The notes below the pieces were generated by a model that saw only the letters and a program-made list of their open reading frames with translations, was not told the DNA's origin and searched no databases. The position numbers and the translations under genes are program-made. Below, piece by piece: positions 40,490 to 50,684 of a DNA stretch of 64,000 nucleotides. The stretch is from contig CAWCXJ010000008.1 in assembly GCA_963799485.1 (NCBI GenBank), positions 1-64,000 on the forward strand, in the 5' to 3' direction. Origin of the DNA: an uncultured Trueperaceae bacterium (GTDB lineage Bacteria; Deinococcota; Deinococci; Deinococcales; Trueperaceae). The number at the start of each line of letters is the position of its first letter. The stretch's first letter is position 1.

Positions 40490-41041
40490 ATGAGCGCGTC
40501 TACGACTCCTAGTCGGCAAAAAACAGCTGTGGCTGAACCCGCGACCCTCGAGGTCTGGCTGCGTGGCCCCCTGGCTGATACGCCACCCCTCGTGCAACCC
40601 GTCGCTCACGCGCTGCTGCAGGCAAAAGAAGAGGTCGTTACGCTTCTAGCCGGGTTTCCCGAAGCGCTGTTATGGGAACGCCCGGCAGGGGCGGCGTCGG
40701 TAGGGTTTCATCTGCAGCACCTTACGGGCGTGCTCGAGCGGCTCTTGACCTACACGCGCGGCGAAGCGCTAAACACCGAGCAGCTCGCGGCGCTGGCTCG
40801 AGAGGGCGGCGGAAATGGGCGCACGGCTGACCTCGTGGCGGCTTTTGAAGCCCAGGTCGAAGCGGCTTTGGCGGAACTGCGCAAGCTCGACGAAAGGACG
40901 CTGACCGAGCCTCGAGCCGTAGGCCGCGCGCGGCTTCCTTCAACCGTTATCGGGCTACTCGTTCACGCCGCCGAACACACCACCCGGCACGTCGGACAGC
41001 TCCTGGTAACTGTGAAAGTCGTTGAGGCCGGACTAAAATAG
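40490..41041 (+). CDS. DinB family protein
   Basis: SVGFHLQHL, HAAEHTTRHVGQ; leaderless start. Confidence 0.85.
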   Translation: MSASTTPSRQKTAVAEPATLEVWLRGPLADTPPLVQPVAHALLQAKEEVVTLLAGFPEALLWERPAGAASVGFHLQHLTGVLERLLTYTRGEALNTEQLAALAREGGGNGRTADLVAAFEAQVEAALAELRKLDERTLTEPRAVGRARLPSTVIGLLVHAAEHTTRHVGQLLVTVKVVEAGLK

Positions 41042-41110
41042 GTTCGGGCGGTATTTGCTAGACTCGCCCCGGTTAAACTCAAAACCTGAGGGGTCGACGG
41101 AGGAGCACAC

Positions 41111-42043
41111 ATGAAGTGGGAAGACAGGGGTCGTAGCCGTAACGTCACCGATAACCGGGGGCGTAGTGGCAGAGGCGTCGGTAGGGGTGTCGGCGGCGGT
41201 ATGGCGTCTTTGGGCGTCGGCGGATTTTTGATCGTGCTGGTTTTGAGTCTGGTTTCCGGCGTCGACCTTTTCGGGCTGTTCGGGATCCAGTCGCCGCTTC
41301 AGGGCGGCACGACCCCAACGCAAACCCAGTCACAACCACAGTCACAACCAAAGCCTCAAAGTGGTTCTATACGAACGCCGGGCGACGCACAGAAGGTCAG
41401 CTTCGTCTCGGCGGTACTAGACGATTCGCAAGCGACGTGGGCGGCAATCTTTCAGGAGAACGATATTCCCTATAGAGAGGCGCAGTTGTCGCTCGAGAGT
41501 GGCACTGTGCCCTCGGCGTGTGGCGACGTTCCCGCGTCTGCCGGGCCTTTTTACTGCCCGTTGGACGAAACGGTTTACCTCAACTTCGCTTTTTTTGATG
41601 ACCTGCGAAACCGTTACGGCGCGTCCGGCGATTTTGCCCAAGCTTACGTCATCGCTCACGAGATGGGCCACCACGTGCAGAACTTACTTGGCACGTCTGG
41701 TGAGGTGCGGCAGCAGCAACAGGCTAATCCGGGAGCTGCCAACCGACTCTCAGTTGCGCTGGAACTACAAGCCGACTGTTACGCCGGCGTGTGGGGCGGG
41801 GAGCAGACGCGGGCCGGGGCACAGCAGTCGAGCACCAGAGTCGGGTCTATTTCGCAAGCCGATTTTGAAGAAGGTATTACCGCCGCCGCCGCGATTGGCG
41901 ATGACCGCTTGCAAGCCGAGGCGACCGGTCGCGTCAACCCCGAAGCGTTTACCCACGGCTCGTCCGAACAGCGGGTGAACTGGTTCTCGCAAGGGTTTAG
42001 CAGCGGTAACCCGAGTCGGTGCGACACGTTCGCCTCGCTTTAA
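41111..42043 (+). CDS. Neutral zinc metallopeptidase (YpfJ-like)
   Basis: GPFYCP, AHEMGHHVQ, ELQADC, THGSSEQR. Confidence 0.92.
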   Translation: MKWEDRGRSRNVTDNRGRSGRGVGRGVGGGMASLGVGGFLIVLVLSLVSGVDLFGLFGIQSPLQGGTTPTQTQSQPQSQPKPQSGSIRTPGDAQKVSFVSAVLDDSQATWAAIFQENDIPYREAQLSLESGTVPSACGDVPASAGPFYCPLDETVYLNFAFFDDLRNRYGASGDFAQAYVIAHEMGHHVQNLLGTSGEVRQQQQANPGAANRLSVALELQADCYAGVWGGEQTRAGAQQSSTRVGSISQADFEEGITAAAAIGDDRLQAEATGRVNPEAFTHGSSEQRVNWFSQGFSSGNPSRCDTFASL

Positions 42044-43047
42044 GCGTCTTGTTCCAGCAGGGCCTGGGCGACCTCGAGCCCTGACACGTAGGCTGCCTCT
42101 ACCTTCGCGCCGCCGCACCAGTCACCGCAAAAAAACAAGCTGTCGTCTTTAAGATAAGGTTCACCGTAGGGTGTGGTCGTTTTGGCGTAACGCCAGCGGT
42201 GCAGCTGTGTCCAGCGTGGGTCGGAAAAACCAAGTGAAGCGGCGACCGCGAGCATCTCCGGGACGGCGGCTTCAGGCGTTTCCAGATGCTTTTGGGAGAA
42301 TGCAGGGTTTGCATGTAGAACCAGCACGGTCGGGTCGTCATAGGCGCGTTTACTGGTGTCGTCGGCGAGCCACGAAAGCGGGTTGGTGGGGTCTTCGACC
42401 GTAATTCCAGACCACTCCGGCGCGTCTTGCGAGTAGCCGGTCATCAGCGCCAGACACGGGGCAAACTCGACTCGGCGCAAATGTTTACGCGTTTGCGCCG
42501 AAAAGCTGTGTACGCCCAGCTCCAACGCTTGAGGAGCCGGTACGTTAAGTAAAATGCGTTTGGCGGCGTAGCGGGTGCCGTCTTCCAACTCGACCGTCCA
42601 TCCCGTCGCCGTTCGCAACAGCGCTACGACTTTAGCCGCGCGCCGAACGTTTAGGCCTTCAGCTAAAAGCTTGCCGATGGTGTTCATCCCCTCTGGAAAA
42701 GCGTAGCGCGGGTGACCTTCGGCGGGCGGACGTAACCCCTCACGCGTCAGGATGTGAAAGCCTTTTGTCCACACCTGCAACCGGCCTTCTTGAAGCCACG
42801 CCGCTACCTGCGTTTGAAAACGGGAGTCCCTGGCGGTAAAGTACTGCGCGCCGTGGTCGATCCGGGTTTCATGAACGCGTTTGGTCGCGGCCCGTCCACC
42901 GAAGCCGCGACTTTTTTCTAAAACGAGAACCCGGGCCCCGGCTCGGGTCAGCGTGCGCGCCGCCCTCAGTCCGGCAATCCCGGCCCCAACGACGAGAATA
43001 TCTGCCTGCTCCCCAGAGTCTGCCACCTTTGTATTATCGCCTGGCAC
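42040..43047 (-). CDS. Renalase-like NAD(P)/FAD oxidoreductase
   Basis: GAGIAG, EKSRGFGGR, DHGAQYF, CGDW. Confidence 0.88.
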   Translation of the reverse strand: MPGDNTKVADSGEQADILVVGAGIAGLRAARTLTRAGARVLVLEKSRGFGGRAATKRVHETRIDHGAQYFTARDSRFQTQVAAWLQEGRLQVWTKGFHILTREGLRPPAEGHPRYAFPEGMNTIGKLLAEGLNVRRAAKVVALLRTATGWTVELEDGTRYAAKRILLNVPAPQALELGVHSFSAQTRKHLRRVEFAPCLALMTGYSQDAPEWSGITVEDPTNPLSWLADDTSKRAYDDPTVLVLHANPAFSQKHLETPEAAVPEMLAVAASLGFSDPRWTQLHRWRYAKTTTPYGEPYLKDDSLFFCGDWCGGAKVEAAYVSGLEVAQALLEQDA

Positions 43048-43297
43048 CGCGCAGAGAAGTGTACGCCCGTCTGCGCTAAGGTAGAAAATAGATAGTCTGC
43101 TTAATAAGCTAAAAAACCGCTAATTATCACGTCCTGAACAAGAAAACTCGCATCATATCCGGCTGGACGCGAGATTTGTTTTCCTAGACAGTAAAACCCA
43201 CCTTATTTTTCTTTATTTCGCAGATGATTTAATGAAAAAGGTACGAAAAAAGGCGACCGAAGTCGCCTACTTGTAGCTACGTGACTGTTTGTACGTC

Positions 43298-44164
43298 TTA
43301 GGCTCGAGCTTCCGCTCTATCTTTAGGCGCGCCTGCCATAGCGCCAAGGGCCGCAACGATAGCACCCAAAATGAGCCCGACAAGACCCCAAAGGGCAACG
43401 CTGCCTGCTGTATCTGTAGCCGTTTCAGCCGTATTGGTGACGGTATTCTGCACGTTTTGCAACGTCTGATCGGCCTGCTGGGTGAACTGCTGGACTTGCT
43501 GGTTGATCTCCTGCTGGCTCAAGGTTGAGTTGTTCGCTAAAAAAGTCGTTAGTTCTTGCTGAGCAGCGGGTGAGGTAAGGCTTTCACCGTTCTGGACGCG
43601 CTGGACGATGCGCTGAACAAGTTCTTGACCGGTTTGCTCGGGGTTTTGAACGCCCGCGTCGGTCAAAAACTGGTTGACCTGGTTTTGTACATCGAGCTGA
43701 TTCGGGAGCACGCTTGTTGCTGCAGGAGCAACTTGGGCGACGTTTGAAAGAGTGCTGCCCAGCAAGTTGCTCACACCACCGACGAGGCTACCGAGCACGC
43801 CTGAGACAAGGTAGATGGTCGCCAGCGTCAACACGCCCCAGGTCATCAGGCCGTGAATGATGCTGTCGCCACGGCGCGGCGAACCGGCCAAGCGACCGGC
43901 GACGTAACCGCCCAAGAAAAGTGAAACCAGGTTCGTCACGATAACGGCGATAATGCTGCCGGTGCCGTTGCCCACAGGATCGTTGCTGGTAGCGGGGTCG
44001 AAGGTGTTGAGGCCGATGCCGCCAAAAAGCAGCGTCAGCAAGAGCGTGGTCATAAGGGCCAAGAGTGCCCCTGCGAGTACAGCGCCCCAAGCGGTGCGGC
44101 GGATAGGACGGTTGTCGGGTACGTCGTGGTTTGTGTCGCTGTTGACGATGATTCGGTCTGCCAT
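43298..44164 (-). CDS. Hypothetical membrane protein with Gln-rich helical loop
   Basis: WGAVLAG, GGYVAGRLA, HGLMTW; AGGAG RBS. Confidence 0.75.
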   Translation of the reverse strand: MADRIIVNSDTNHDVPDNRPIRRTAWGAVLAGALLALMTTLLLTLLFGGIGLNTFDPATSNDPVGNGTGSIIAVIVTNLVSLFLGGYVAGRLAGSPRRGDSIIHGLMTWGVLTLATIYLVSGVLGSLVGGVSNLLGSTLSNVAQVAPAATSVLPNQLDVQNQVNQFLTDAGVQNPEQTGQELVQRIVQRVQNGESLTSPAAQQELTTFLANNSTLSQQEINQQVQQFTQQADQTLQNVQNTVTNTAETATDTAGSVALWGLVGLILGAIVAALGAMAGAPKDRAEARA

Positions 44165-44402
44165 AAATGTCTCCTAGATTCTTAAAGCTTTAGCACTCGA
44201 GACAAAGAGTTTCGTCTTCGGTGATGTGCTGGTTTCTCACATGTGACTTTCACGTGACTTGCAGGACTTACGTACAAAAGCACCTTTGCGGCGCAAAACG
44301 TTACACCATACCTGCCCCCGGTTCTCCCCTGATACGCCCCGTATCCGATATGTTACAGCCTTTGCTGTGCCTTTTGCCGTGGCCTTTGTCTCGAGCTTGT
44401 TC

Positions 44403-44735
44403 TTAGCGGCGGTTCGCGCGCATCATCAGCCACGCTAACCCAAGCCCTACCAGGGTAACCGGCACCGAGTGCTGCCTGGCTAACTCACGGGTTTGCCCTT
44501 TCCAACCCTGCGTGCGTTCTAAGAACTTGTCGCCCAAGCCTTCGATAGCGCCGAAGGTGAGCTGCTGCGTATCGGCGACGGTAGTTTTGACGTCTTGCCC
44601 GAGACTCTCCGGACTCAACCTGTAGGCGATGTTGTCGACGTTGCGGCTGATGCGCGCGCGTGTTTCGGCAATGTCACGCTCGAGTTCGTCGGGGCTACGG
44701 TTGCCAGGGTCGGTGTAGGAACTCGTCGAACTCAT
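44403..44735 (-). CDS. DUF3618-like protein
   Basis: SPDELERDIAETRA..IAYRLSP. Confidence 0.75.
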   Translation of the reverse strand: MSSTSSYTDPGNRSPDELERDIAETRARISRNVDNIAYRLSPESLGQDVKTTVADTQQLTFGAIEGLGDKFLERTQGWKGQTRELARQHSVPVTLVGLGLAWLMMRANRR

Positions 44736-45316
44736 GAGCGACCCGCCCTGTAAGTATTAACCCGGTTCCCGGTTACAACAGTCGTCCGCGATTTGCCGGA
44801 ACGTTTGGGACGCGGCGCAGCTGACTTGTCCGGCGGCGTGCTTTGGGCAAAACGCACGGCTACAAGCCCGGCAACGAACAAACTGCCGACGAACAAGCCG
44901 CGGTTGCGGCTCGCAAAGGTGCGAAACTCCGTTAGGAGCGACTCACCGCTCCGGTCGTCCAAGTAGTGTCTTACAGCCTCGACTTCTCCCGCTAGACCTT
45001 CGCTCAGGTCTGCCAAACCCGTTAGTTTATCGCTACGAAACTCTCGGCTGCTCGCCTTAAGCGCCCGCGCGACCCCACCGATCTGTGAGGCGAGCTGCGC
45101 TTTTCCCTCGCCGAGCGCCCCGGTCGCCTCTTCGCGCAGGCGACCGACAAGCGTTTGTGCTTCGTCGGCGACCTTGTTCAAAACCTCCTGGCCTCGCCTC
45201 TGCGCGTCTTTGGTTACGTCTTGCGCTGCGTTTCCGAAAGTGTTGGGATCAGCCGCTTCAGCCTGACCTTCGGTTCGGACTCGAGCGGAGCCCGAATAGC
45301 TCTCAGTATGTTCCAT
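44732..45316 (-). CDS. Hypothetical helical protein
   Basis: Co-transcribed with the DUF3618 gene; AAGGAG RBS. Confidence 0.7.
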   Translation of the reverse strand: MEHTESYSGSARVRTEGQAEAADPNTFGNAAQDVTKDAQRRGQEVLNKVADEAQTLVGRLREEATGALGEGKAQLASQIGGVARALKASSREFRSDKLTGLADLSEGLAGEVEAVRHYLDDRSGESLLTEFRTFASRNRGLFVGSLFVAGLVAVRFAQSTPPDKSAAPRPKRSGKSRTTVVTGNRVNTYRAGRS

Positions 45317-45495
45317 TCTGCTCCTTTCGTGTGAGTTGGGCTGCGCCGCGCGTTTTAGCTATCGTCATCACGACCACGTTTCAACCTAGTCTAATTATTG
45401 ATGAGCTGAGCTTCGTCACCGTAGTAAGGCACACGGTAAGGTCAAACGGTAGCGCCCCCCGCGTGCCCGCAGCTCGCCGCCCTGTAGCATAAAGG

Positions 45496-45720
45496 ATGGC
45501 GAAAAAGAGCAAAAAACGGGCGCGGCAGGCGGCGCGAAGGGCCGAGCGGCGAGTAGAAAAGCGGGAGACGGCCCCACCGCCGGACATGCGCTCGAGGCTC
45601 CTCAAACGTATCTTCAACGAGGCCGGAGACCGGCATGCGGAAGCGGCGCGTGACGGCGACAGGCGGCGCGAAGACGAGGCGCGCCGTGAAGAACGCGCCA
45701 GAGCCAGAGGGCAAAGGTGA
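45496..45720 (+). CDS. Small basic hypothetical protein
   Basis: Leaderless TAGCAT-N5-ATG; overlaps the next start. Confidence 0.5.
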   Translation: MAKKSKKRARQAARRAERRVEKRETAPPPDMRSRLLKRIFNEAGDRHAEAARDGDRRREDEARREERARARGQR

Positions 45721-46712
45721 GGGTAACCCTGTTGCCGCTGCTCGGCGCGTGGCACCTGCGTTATCCGGTCTACAACGCCGCGAGCGTGCTGGCGCTCGTC
45801 CGGGCGAGCCGACCCGAGGTGCTGATACCCGCGCCGTTAGCACCAAACGCACTCGAGACCCCGGCGTGGCAAGACACACCTGAAATCGCCCTACCGCCCG
45901 CGCTGGCGTGGGCGGAGCGGCAGGGCGTAAAAGTAGGGTCCGGGATGCTGAAGAGCCCCGATCCGGAGGCCGAAAGGGACTTTCAGCGTTACCTCGCGGG
46001 CTACCCGCAGACCCGTGAACAGCTCATGGGGCTCGAGGCGCTTTTACGCCCACTCGACGCACTTTTGCCGCAACCCCTGACGCTGGCCCGAATCTGGGAT
46101 GAAGTGATGCCGATTATAGACACCCATCAACGCGAACGTGAAGCGGCGTTCGGCGACGGCCCCGGTACCGACTGGTGGCGCGAGCGCCTGGGTGAGCTGG
46201 CGGTACAAATTGTCGAACTGCCCGAAACGCGCGTAACGGTACTCGCCGGGGTCGAGCAGCTGCCGTTTTTGCTCGAGACACTCCGCCGAGAAGGCGCAGA
46301 AGTCGTTACGCCGAAGGAGGTACCCCGTGACGCGACCATCCGCGAGCGGGCGCTGCTTGACGTGGCCTTTCGCGGCGACGCCGCCGACCCGGTGGCCCTG
46401 CTGGGGAGTCTCCGGGAGGTCGCGGGGGCCGAAGCCCGCTTTCATGAAGCCAATTTGCTGCTGCTGAACGGGCATCCTGCCGAGGCGTTGGAACGGCTCG
46501 AGGCCGCCGCAAACGGTGACTTCAGTACGCCCTACTACCTGCCGGGATATCTGCTCACACGTTTGGGCCAAGTTCGCGACCTGAGCGGCGACCGCGCCGG
46601 GGCGGTGCGCGCCTACCGGGGGGTGCTGGCTTTCGACTGGGTACCGCAAGACGCTAAAGAAGCGGCGACTGCGGGGCTCGAGACTCCCTTCGAGGGAATT
46701 CCTGCGGCGTGA
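45717..46712 (+). CDS. Hypothetical protein with C-terminal TPR-like repeats
   Basis: RLGQVRDLSGDRAGAVRAY. Confidence 0.7.
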   Translation: MRVTLLPLLGAWHLRYPVYNAASVLALVRASRPEVLIPAPLAPNALETPAWQDTPEIALPPALAWAERQGVKVGSGMLKSPDPEAERDFQRYLAGYPQTREQLMGLEALLRPLDALLPQPLTLARIWDEVMPIIDTHQREREAAFGDGPGTDWWRERLGELAVQIVELPETRVTVLAGVEQLPFLLETLRREGAEVVTPKEVPRDATIRERALLDVAFRGDAADPVALLGSLREVAGAEARFHEANLLLLNGHPAEALERLEAAANGDFSTPYYLPGYLLTRLGQVRDLSGDRAGAVRAYRGVLAFDWVPQDAKEAATAGLETPFEGIPAA

Positions 46713-47446
46713 GCGGCAAAAAGCAGCTCAAACGGTATCAGAAAGATTTCGGTTACTCGTACAGCTTCGGGATGTTTCCAACTCTGGAATTGCTGACGCA
46801 CCGACCTGAAAACGTCGTGCGGGTCGTCGCGCACAGCAAGGGTGAAAAAAGCAGCGGGTTGACCAAGCTCAGAGCACTTTGCGCCGCCCACAGTGTCCCC
46901 TTTGAGACAAACGACCGCGCCGTCGAGCGCTTGTCGCACAAGGGCAATATCTACGTTTTTGGCGTATTTGAAAAGTACAACGCGCCCCTCTCTGTGCGCG
47001 CGAACCACCTGCTGCTGGTCAACCCGAGTGACAACGGCAACCTGGGCACTATCGTCCGGACGATGCTGGCGTTCGGGATGCGCGACCTGGCGCTTCTAGA
47101 GCCCGCCGCCGATATCTTTAACCCGCACGTCGTGCGCGCCTCGATGGGTGCGATGTTTGCGCTCCGCTTTAACTATTTTAGCTCGGTACAGGCGTACCGA
47201 ACGGCATTTTCACATATGCTGTATCCCTTTATGCTGGACGCTTCAGTGCAACTCCAAGATGCTAGCTTTAACGCGCCCTATACGCTCGTGTTCGGCCCCG
47301 AGGGGGCGGGGTTGCTGCCTGAATATGCTGAGTTCGGCGAGAGTGTCATGATTCCGCAGAGCCCGCTCGTCGAGTCGCTCAACTTGGCGGTCGCTGTGGG
47401 TGTGGCGCTTTATGAAGCCGAGAGAAAAACGGCCTCAGCTCGGTAA
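46709..47446 (+). CDS. TrmH/SpoU family RNA methyltransferase
   Basis: GNLGTIVRT, FGPEGAGL, ESLNLAVA. Confidence 0.92.
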   Translation: MSGKKQLKRYQKDFGYSYSFGMFPTLELLTHRPENVVRVVAHSKGEKSSGLTKLRALCAAHSVPFETNDRAVERLSHKGNIYVFGVFEKYNAPLSVRANHLLLVNPSDNGNLGTIVRTMLAFGMRDLALLEPAADIFNPHVVRASMGAMFALRFNYFSSVQAYRTAFSHMLYPFMLDASVQLQDASFNAPYTLVFGPEGAGLLPEYAEFGESVMIPQSPLVESLNLAVAVGVALYEAERKTASAR

Positions 47447-47506
47447 ACGCTTTGGCAAACAGGCAAAACCAGCCGAAAGAACCCACACAAAAAAGAAACC
47501 ATGAAA

Positions 47507-47532
47507 GAAGGCTGCTCCTACGAGCAGCCTTC
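47507..47532. terminator. Terminator hairpin
   Basis: gaaggctgctc-ctac-gagcagccttc between convergent genes. Confidence 0.7.
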
Positions 47533-47550
47533 CAAACAGCTTAGAGAAGT

Positions 47551-47772
47551 TTAGTTGCCGTCGGTGGCGTCTTGAGCTGCATCCTGGGTTTGATCTGCTG
47601 CGTTATCGACTGCGTTGCCGGTATTGTCCACAGCGTTATTGACAGCTTCACCGGCATTTTCAACGGCGTTGCCAACCGCGTTACCTGCGTTATCGACCGC
47701 GTTGTCAGCCTGGTTAGGGTTGCACGCGGCAAGACCGAAACCTAGTACAGCAACAATCATGAGGTATTTCAT
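47551..47772 (-). CDS. Small lipoprotein with NAVDNAG-type repeats
   Basis: Lipobox LAAC followed by hydrophilic repeats. Confidence 0.75.
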   Translation of the reverse strand: MKYLMIVAVLGFGLAACNPNQADNAVDNAGNAVGNAVENAGEAVNNAVDNTGNAVDNAADQTQDAAQDATDGN

Positions 47773-47842
47773 AGCGTTTTTCATACCTTTCAACGTATCA
47801 ACGGACGTTTTCACGCACTGTAAGCGCGGGTGCAGTTGTAGC

Positions 47843-48916
47843 TTATATACGTTTTTGCGGCTGCCGGGTGAGTTCGCGCTCGAGCCCCTCCACTGCCCAT
47901 TCCCAAGTAAAGCGCTGCACGTAACCGTGACCTTGCGCGGCGAGTTGCAACCGTAAACGCTCATCTTGAAGCAGCGCCAAAACATTCTCGGCAAGTTTTA
48001 CGGGGTTTTTAGGGGGGCTTAACAGAGCTGTGTCACCGTTTACGGCGTATTCGCGGTGCCCACCTACATCGGTCGCCGCGAGTGCACAGCCGCACATCAA
48101 AGCCTCACACCCCGGCAGGCCCCAGCCTTCGGTCCAAGACGTTGCCATAAAGACGGCGCTCTCGTTATAAAGTTCACGCAACCTTTTGGGTGACGGCGTC
48201 TGCTCATAACGTATCCAGTTGGGCAGACCCTCCGGCGCGGCGGGTGCACCGAAAAGTGTCGCTCGCAGCTCAGGCAGCCGGGTTTTAACGATTTTCAGCG
48301 CCCGGGTCCCATCGGCTGACCCTTTCCAGTCGGCCCCGTGATAGAACATCGCCCGTATAGCTCGGTTTTCCGGTTGTACGTCAATCCCAAACGCCGTAAA
48401 ATCGAGGCCGTTAGGCAGATAAACCGCGTCTGCGCCCTGTTCGCGCGCAACCTCTTGCAACCACCGCGCGATCACCAGATTGTGCAGACCCAACCCAAAC
48501 GTGGCGTCTACGCGCTCTTTCGGGCCGCTCCACGTCTCGTAATGCTGAATGAGGTAGAACCTCCGGCCTTTTACGGCGGGGTAGTCGGCGACCCACTCGG
48601 CGGTCTGCCACGCGGTGGCGATTACGGCGTCGGCGTCCGGGATACCGTGCGCTGCCGGGGTTGCCCGCCACAACAGCGAAACGCCCGGGCGCAGCCTGAA
48701 CCAGTCGGGACGATAGCTTTTGTCAACGTTGCGCTGAACGAAACGCACGCCTTTTTTAAGCCGTTCGCTCGCCGAGGCCTGACGGTCGGGTTGCGCGGTG
48801 TGAACGACCACGACGCTGTGACCGCGCTCCGTAAGCCGGTTCGCGTATTCGTAAACGACCTTGAAGCCGCCGACCGGAACGCTGCCCGCCCCCGGTAAAA
48901 CAAAGGTAATGCGCAC
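47843..48916 (-). CDS. Glycosyltransferase family 4
   Basis: GGFKVVYEYANRL, EGWGLPGCEALMCG. Confidence 0.9.
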   Translation of the reverse strand: MRITFVLPGAGSVPVGGFKVVYEYANRLTERGHSVVVVHTAQPDRQASASERLKKGVRFVQRNVDKSYRPDWFRLRPGVSLLWRATPAAHGIPDADAVIATAWQTAEWVADYPAVKGRRFYLIQHYETWSGPKERVDATFGLGLHNLVIARWLQEVAREQGADAVYLPNGLDFTAFGIDVQPENRAIRAMFYHGADWKGSADGTRALKIVKTRLPELRATLFGAPAAPEGLPNWIRYEQTPSPKRLRELYNESAVFMATSWTEGWGLPGCEALMCGCALAATDVGGHREYAVNGDTALLSPPKNPVKLAENVLALLQDERLRLQLAAQGHGYVQRFTWEWAVEGLERELTRQPQKRI

Positions 48917-48917
48917 C

Positions 48918-49780
48918 TTACTCGAGCCAGCCCCGCAGGTCACGGCCTAAAAGTTTGCCCAAACTTTCGACCTCCCCCGTAAAGTCGCGCACAAGTTGCG
49001 TTTTCACGGCGGCCCCTAGCGGCATTCTCGTTTCAACCGCCGAGTTGAGCTTGTCGAGCGCCTTGTAGGTCAGCTTGTTCAGGGGTTTGGGGAGCCGGTT
49101 CACCGCCGACGCCGGGTTTTGCAACACGTTATGCAGCACACGTGAGCGGACGCGTTTGTTCTGATTGACCACCTTGAAGTTGGGCGTAAACGGCCCTAGA
49201 CCCAAAAACTTCAAAACGCCCGCGTAAACCGCCGCCGCGTCCCGCTTGAAGTCGTCGAACACGATGATGTGCAGCTGTTCGGGGGGAAAACGTCTAGGTA
49301 ACGCTGCAACTGCTCGGTATAACGCGCGGCGTCGCCGTAAAACGGAAACGCGCCGATGGCTGGGAGTTCACCCGCTTTACGTTTCGGTTCTGCGGCTAAC
49401 GCTTCTTTCAGCGTCGGGTAGGGTTCGGTGCCGTTCACCCGTTTCTGCGAGTGCAAGGAGGGGAGCATCTCGAGCGGACTCCTGACCATGGCGATAATGC
49501 CTGCGTCCGGACACACCGCCCGAATCTTTTGCGCCGCCACTTTTGAATAAAGATACGTCGCCGACGACTCGCCCACGACGTCACTCTGGACATCCTTGAA
49601 AAGTGCCGCGTAGGCGTCCGGGTCACGAACCGCAAAAGGCGCGTCTACGTCGGTACAAAAGAAGTGCGGTTCTTTGGGTTCGGACATCCACACGTCCGGG
49701 TGCTGCGCCAGGTAGCCGTGCAAGGCCGAGGTGCCGCATTTGGGTGCGCCCACCAGAAACAAGTTAGGGCGCATGGACAC
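48918..49780 (-). pseudogene. Sulfotransferase, frameshifted (possibly an assembly error)
   Basis: GAPKCGTS, KEPHFF; -1 shift in the G6 run at 49281-49286. Confidence 0.8.
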
Positions 49781-50684
49781 GCTCGCTTCTGGGCCAGGGC
49801 AACTCGCGGCCTAAAAGTCGCTCCAACTTGTCAACTTCAGGGGCAAAGCGGCGCTCGAGTTCTCCCTTTAATTCAGGGTCGAGGGGTGCGCGCGCCTCGT
49901 AGCGGACGTTGGCCCGGTCGAGCCCTTTCATCACCTTTTGCCGCAGACTGCGCGGAAAAAACACCCGGCTCAGGCGTTTGATACTTTCGGGCGGACTCTG
50001 TACAAAACTGCGCAAGAGGGCGCTGCGGGCGCGTTTGTTGGGGTTGACCACCGTAAACTCGGGCGCAAAGTCGTCGCTCACGCCTAAAAACTGTAAAAGC
50101 TGGCGGTAGGTTCCGGGCAGGTCGGCGCGAAAGTCGTCGTACAAAATGATATGCACGTTCTCTTGACCAAACCGCTCGAAGTACCGTTCTATCTGCTCGG
50201 CGTAGCGCACCGTTTCCGAGTAGAAGAGCCCGTCTACCAGATGAGCGCTTTTCGGAACGCGGCGTCCGGCTTTACGCTCAGACTCGGCGGCTAGAGCTTC
50301 ACGGAAGTCCTCGAGGTCTTCATTGCCGTTATACAAAAACTGCGAATGCTGCGAATAGAGCATCTCGGCGGGGTTCCGGAGCATCACAATAATCTTGGCG
50401 TCCGGGTTGAAGTCATAAATTTCCGCTGCCGCCGTTTTCGAGTACAAGTACCAGACCGACGCCTCCCCAAGCCGTTTTTCGCCCTCCGCGCCCGTAAAAA
50501 GCGCAAGGTAAGCCCCTTCGTCGCGTAGTGCGCCCTTGGTGATGTTCAGGTCACGCCCGAAAAAATGCACCTCTTTGATGTCGGGGATGAACACTTCGGG
50601 ATGCTTTGCAAGGTAATCGTTCATCGCGGTGGTGCCGCATTTGGGTGCGCCGACGATAAAAAAGTTCGGTTTAGGTTGGGTCAT
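49764..50684 (-). CDS. PAPS-dependent sulfotransferase
   Basis: GAPKCGTT, KEVHFF, GEASVWY, LRNP. Confidence 0.9.
   Translation of the reverse strand: MTQPKPNFFIVGAPKCGTTAMNDYLAKHPEVFIPDIKEVHFFGRDLNITKGALRDEGAYLALFTGAEGEKRLGEASVWYLYSKTAAAEIYDFNPDAKIIVMLRNPAEMLYSQHSQFLYNGNEDLEDFREALAAESERKAGRRVPKSAHLVDGLFYSETVRYAEQIERYFERFGQENVHIILYDDFRADLPGTYRQLLQFLGVSDDFAPEFTVVNPNKRARSALLRSFVQSPPESIKRLSRVFFPRSLRQKVMKGLDRANVRYEARAPLDPELKGELERRFAPEVDKLERLLGRELPWPRSERVHAP

Noticed and set aside
41326..41352. cagtcacaacca tandem repeat
   Set aside because: Encodes an ordinary QSQP linker in the peptidase
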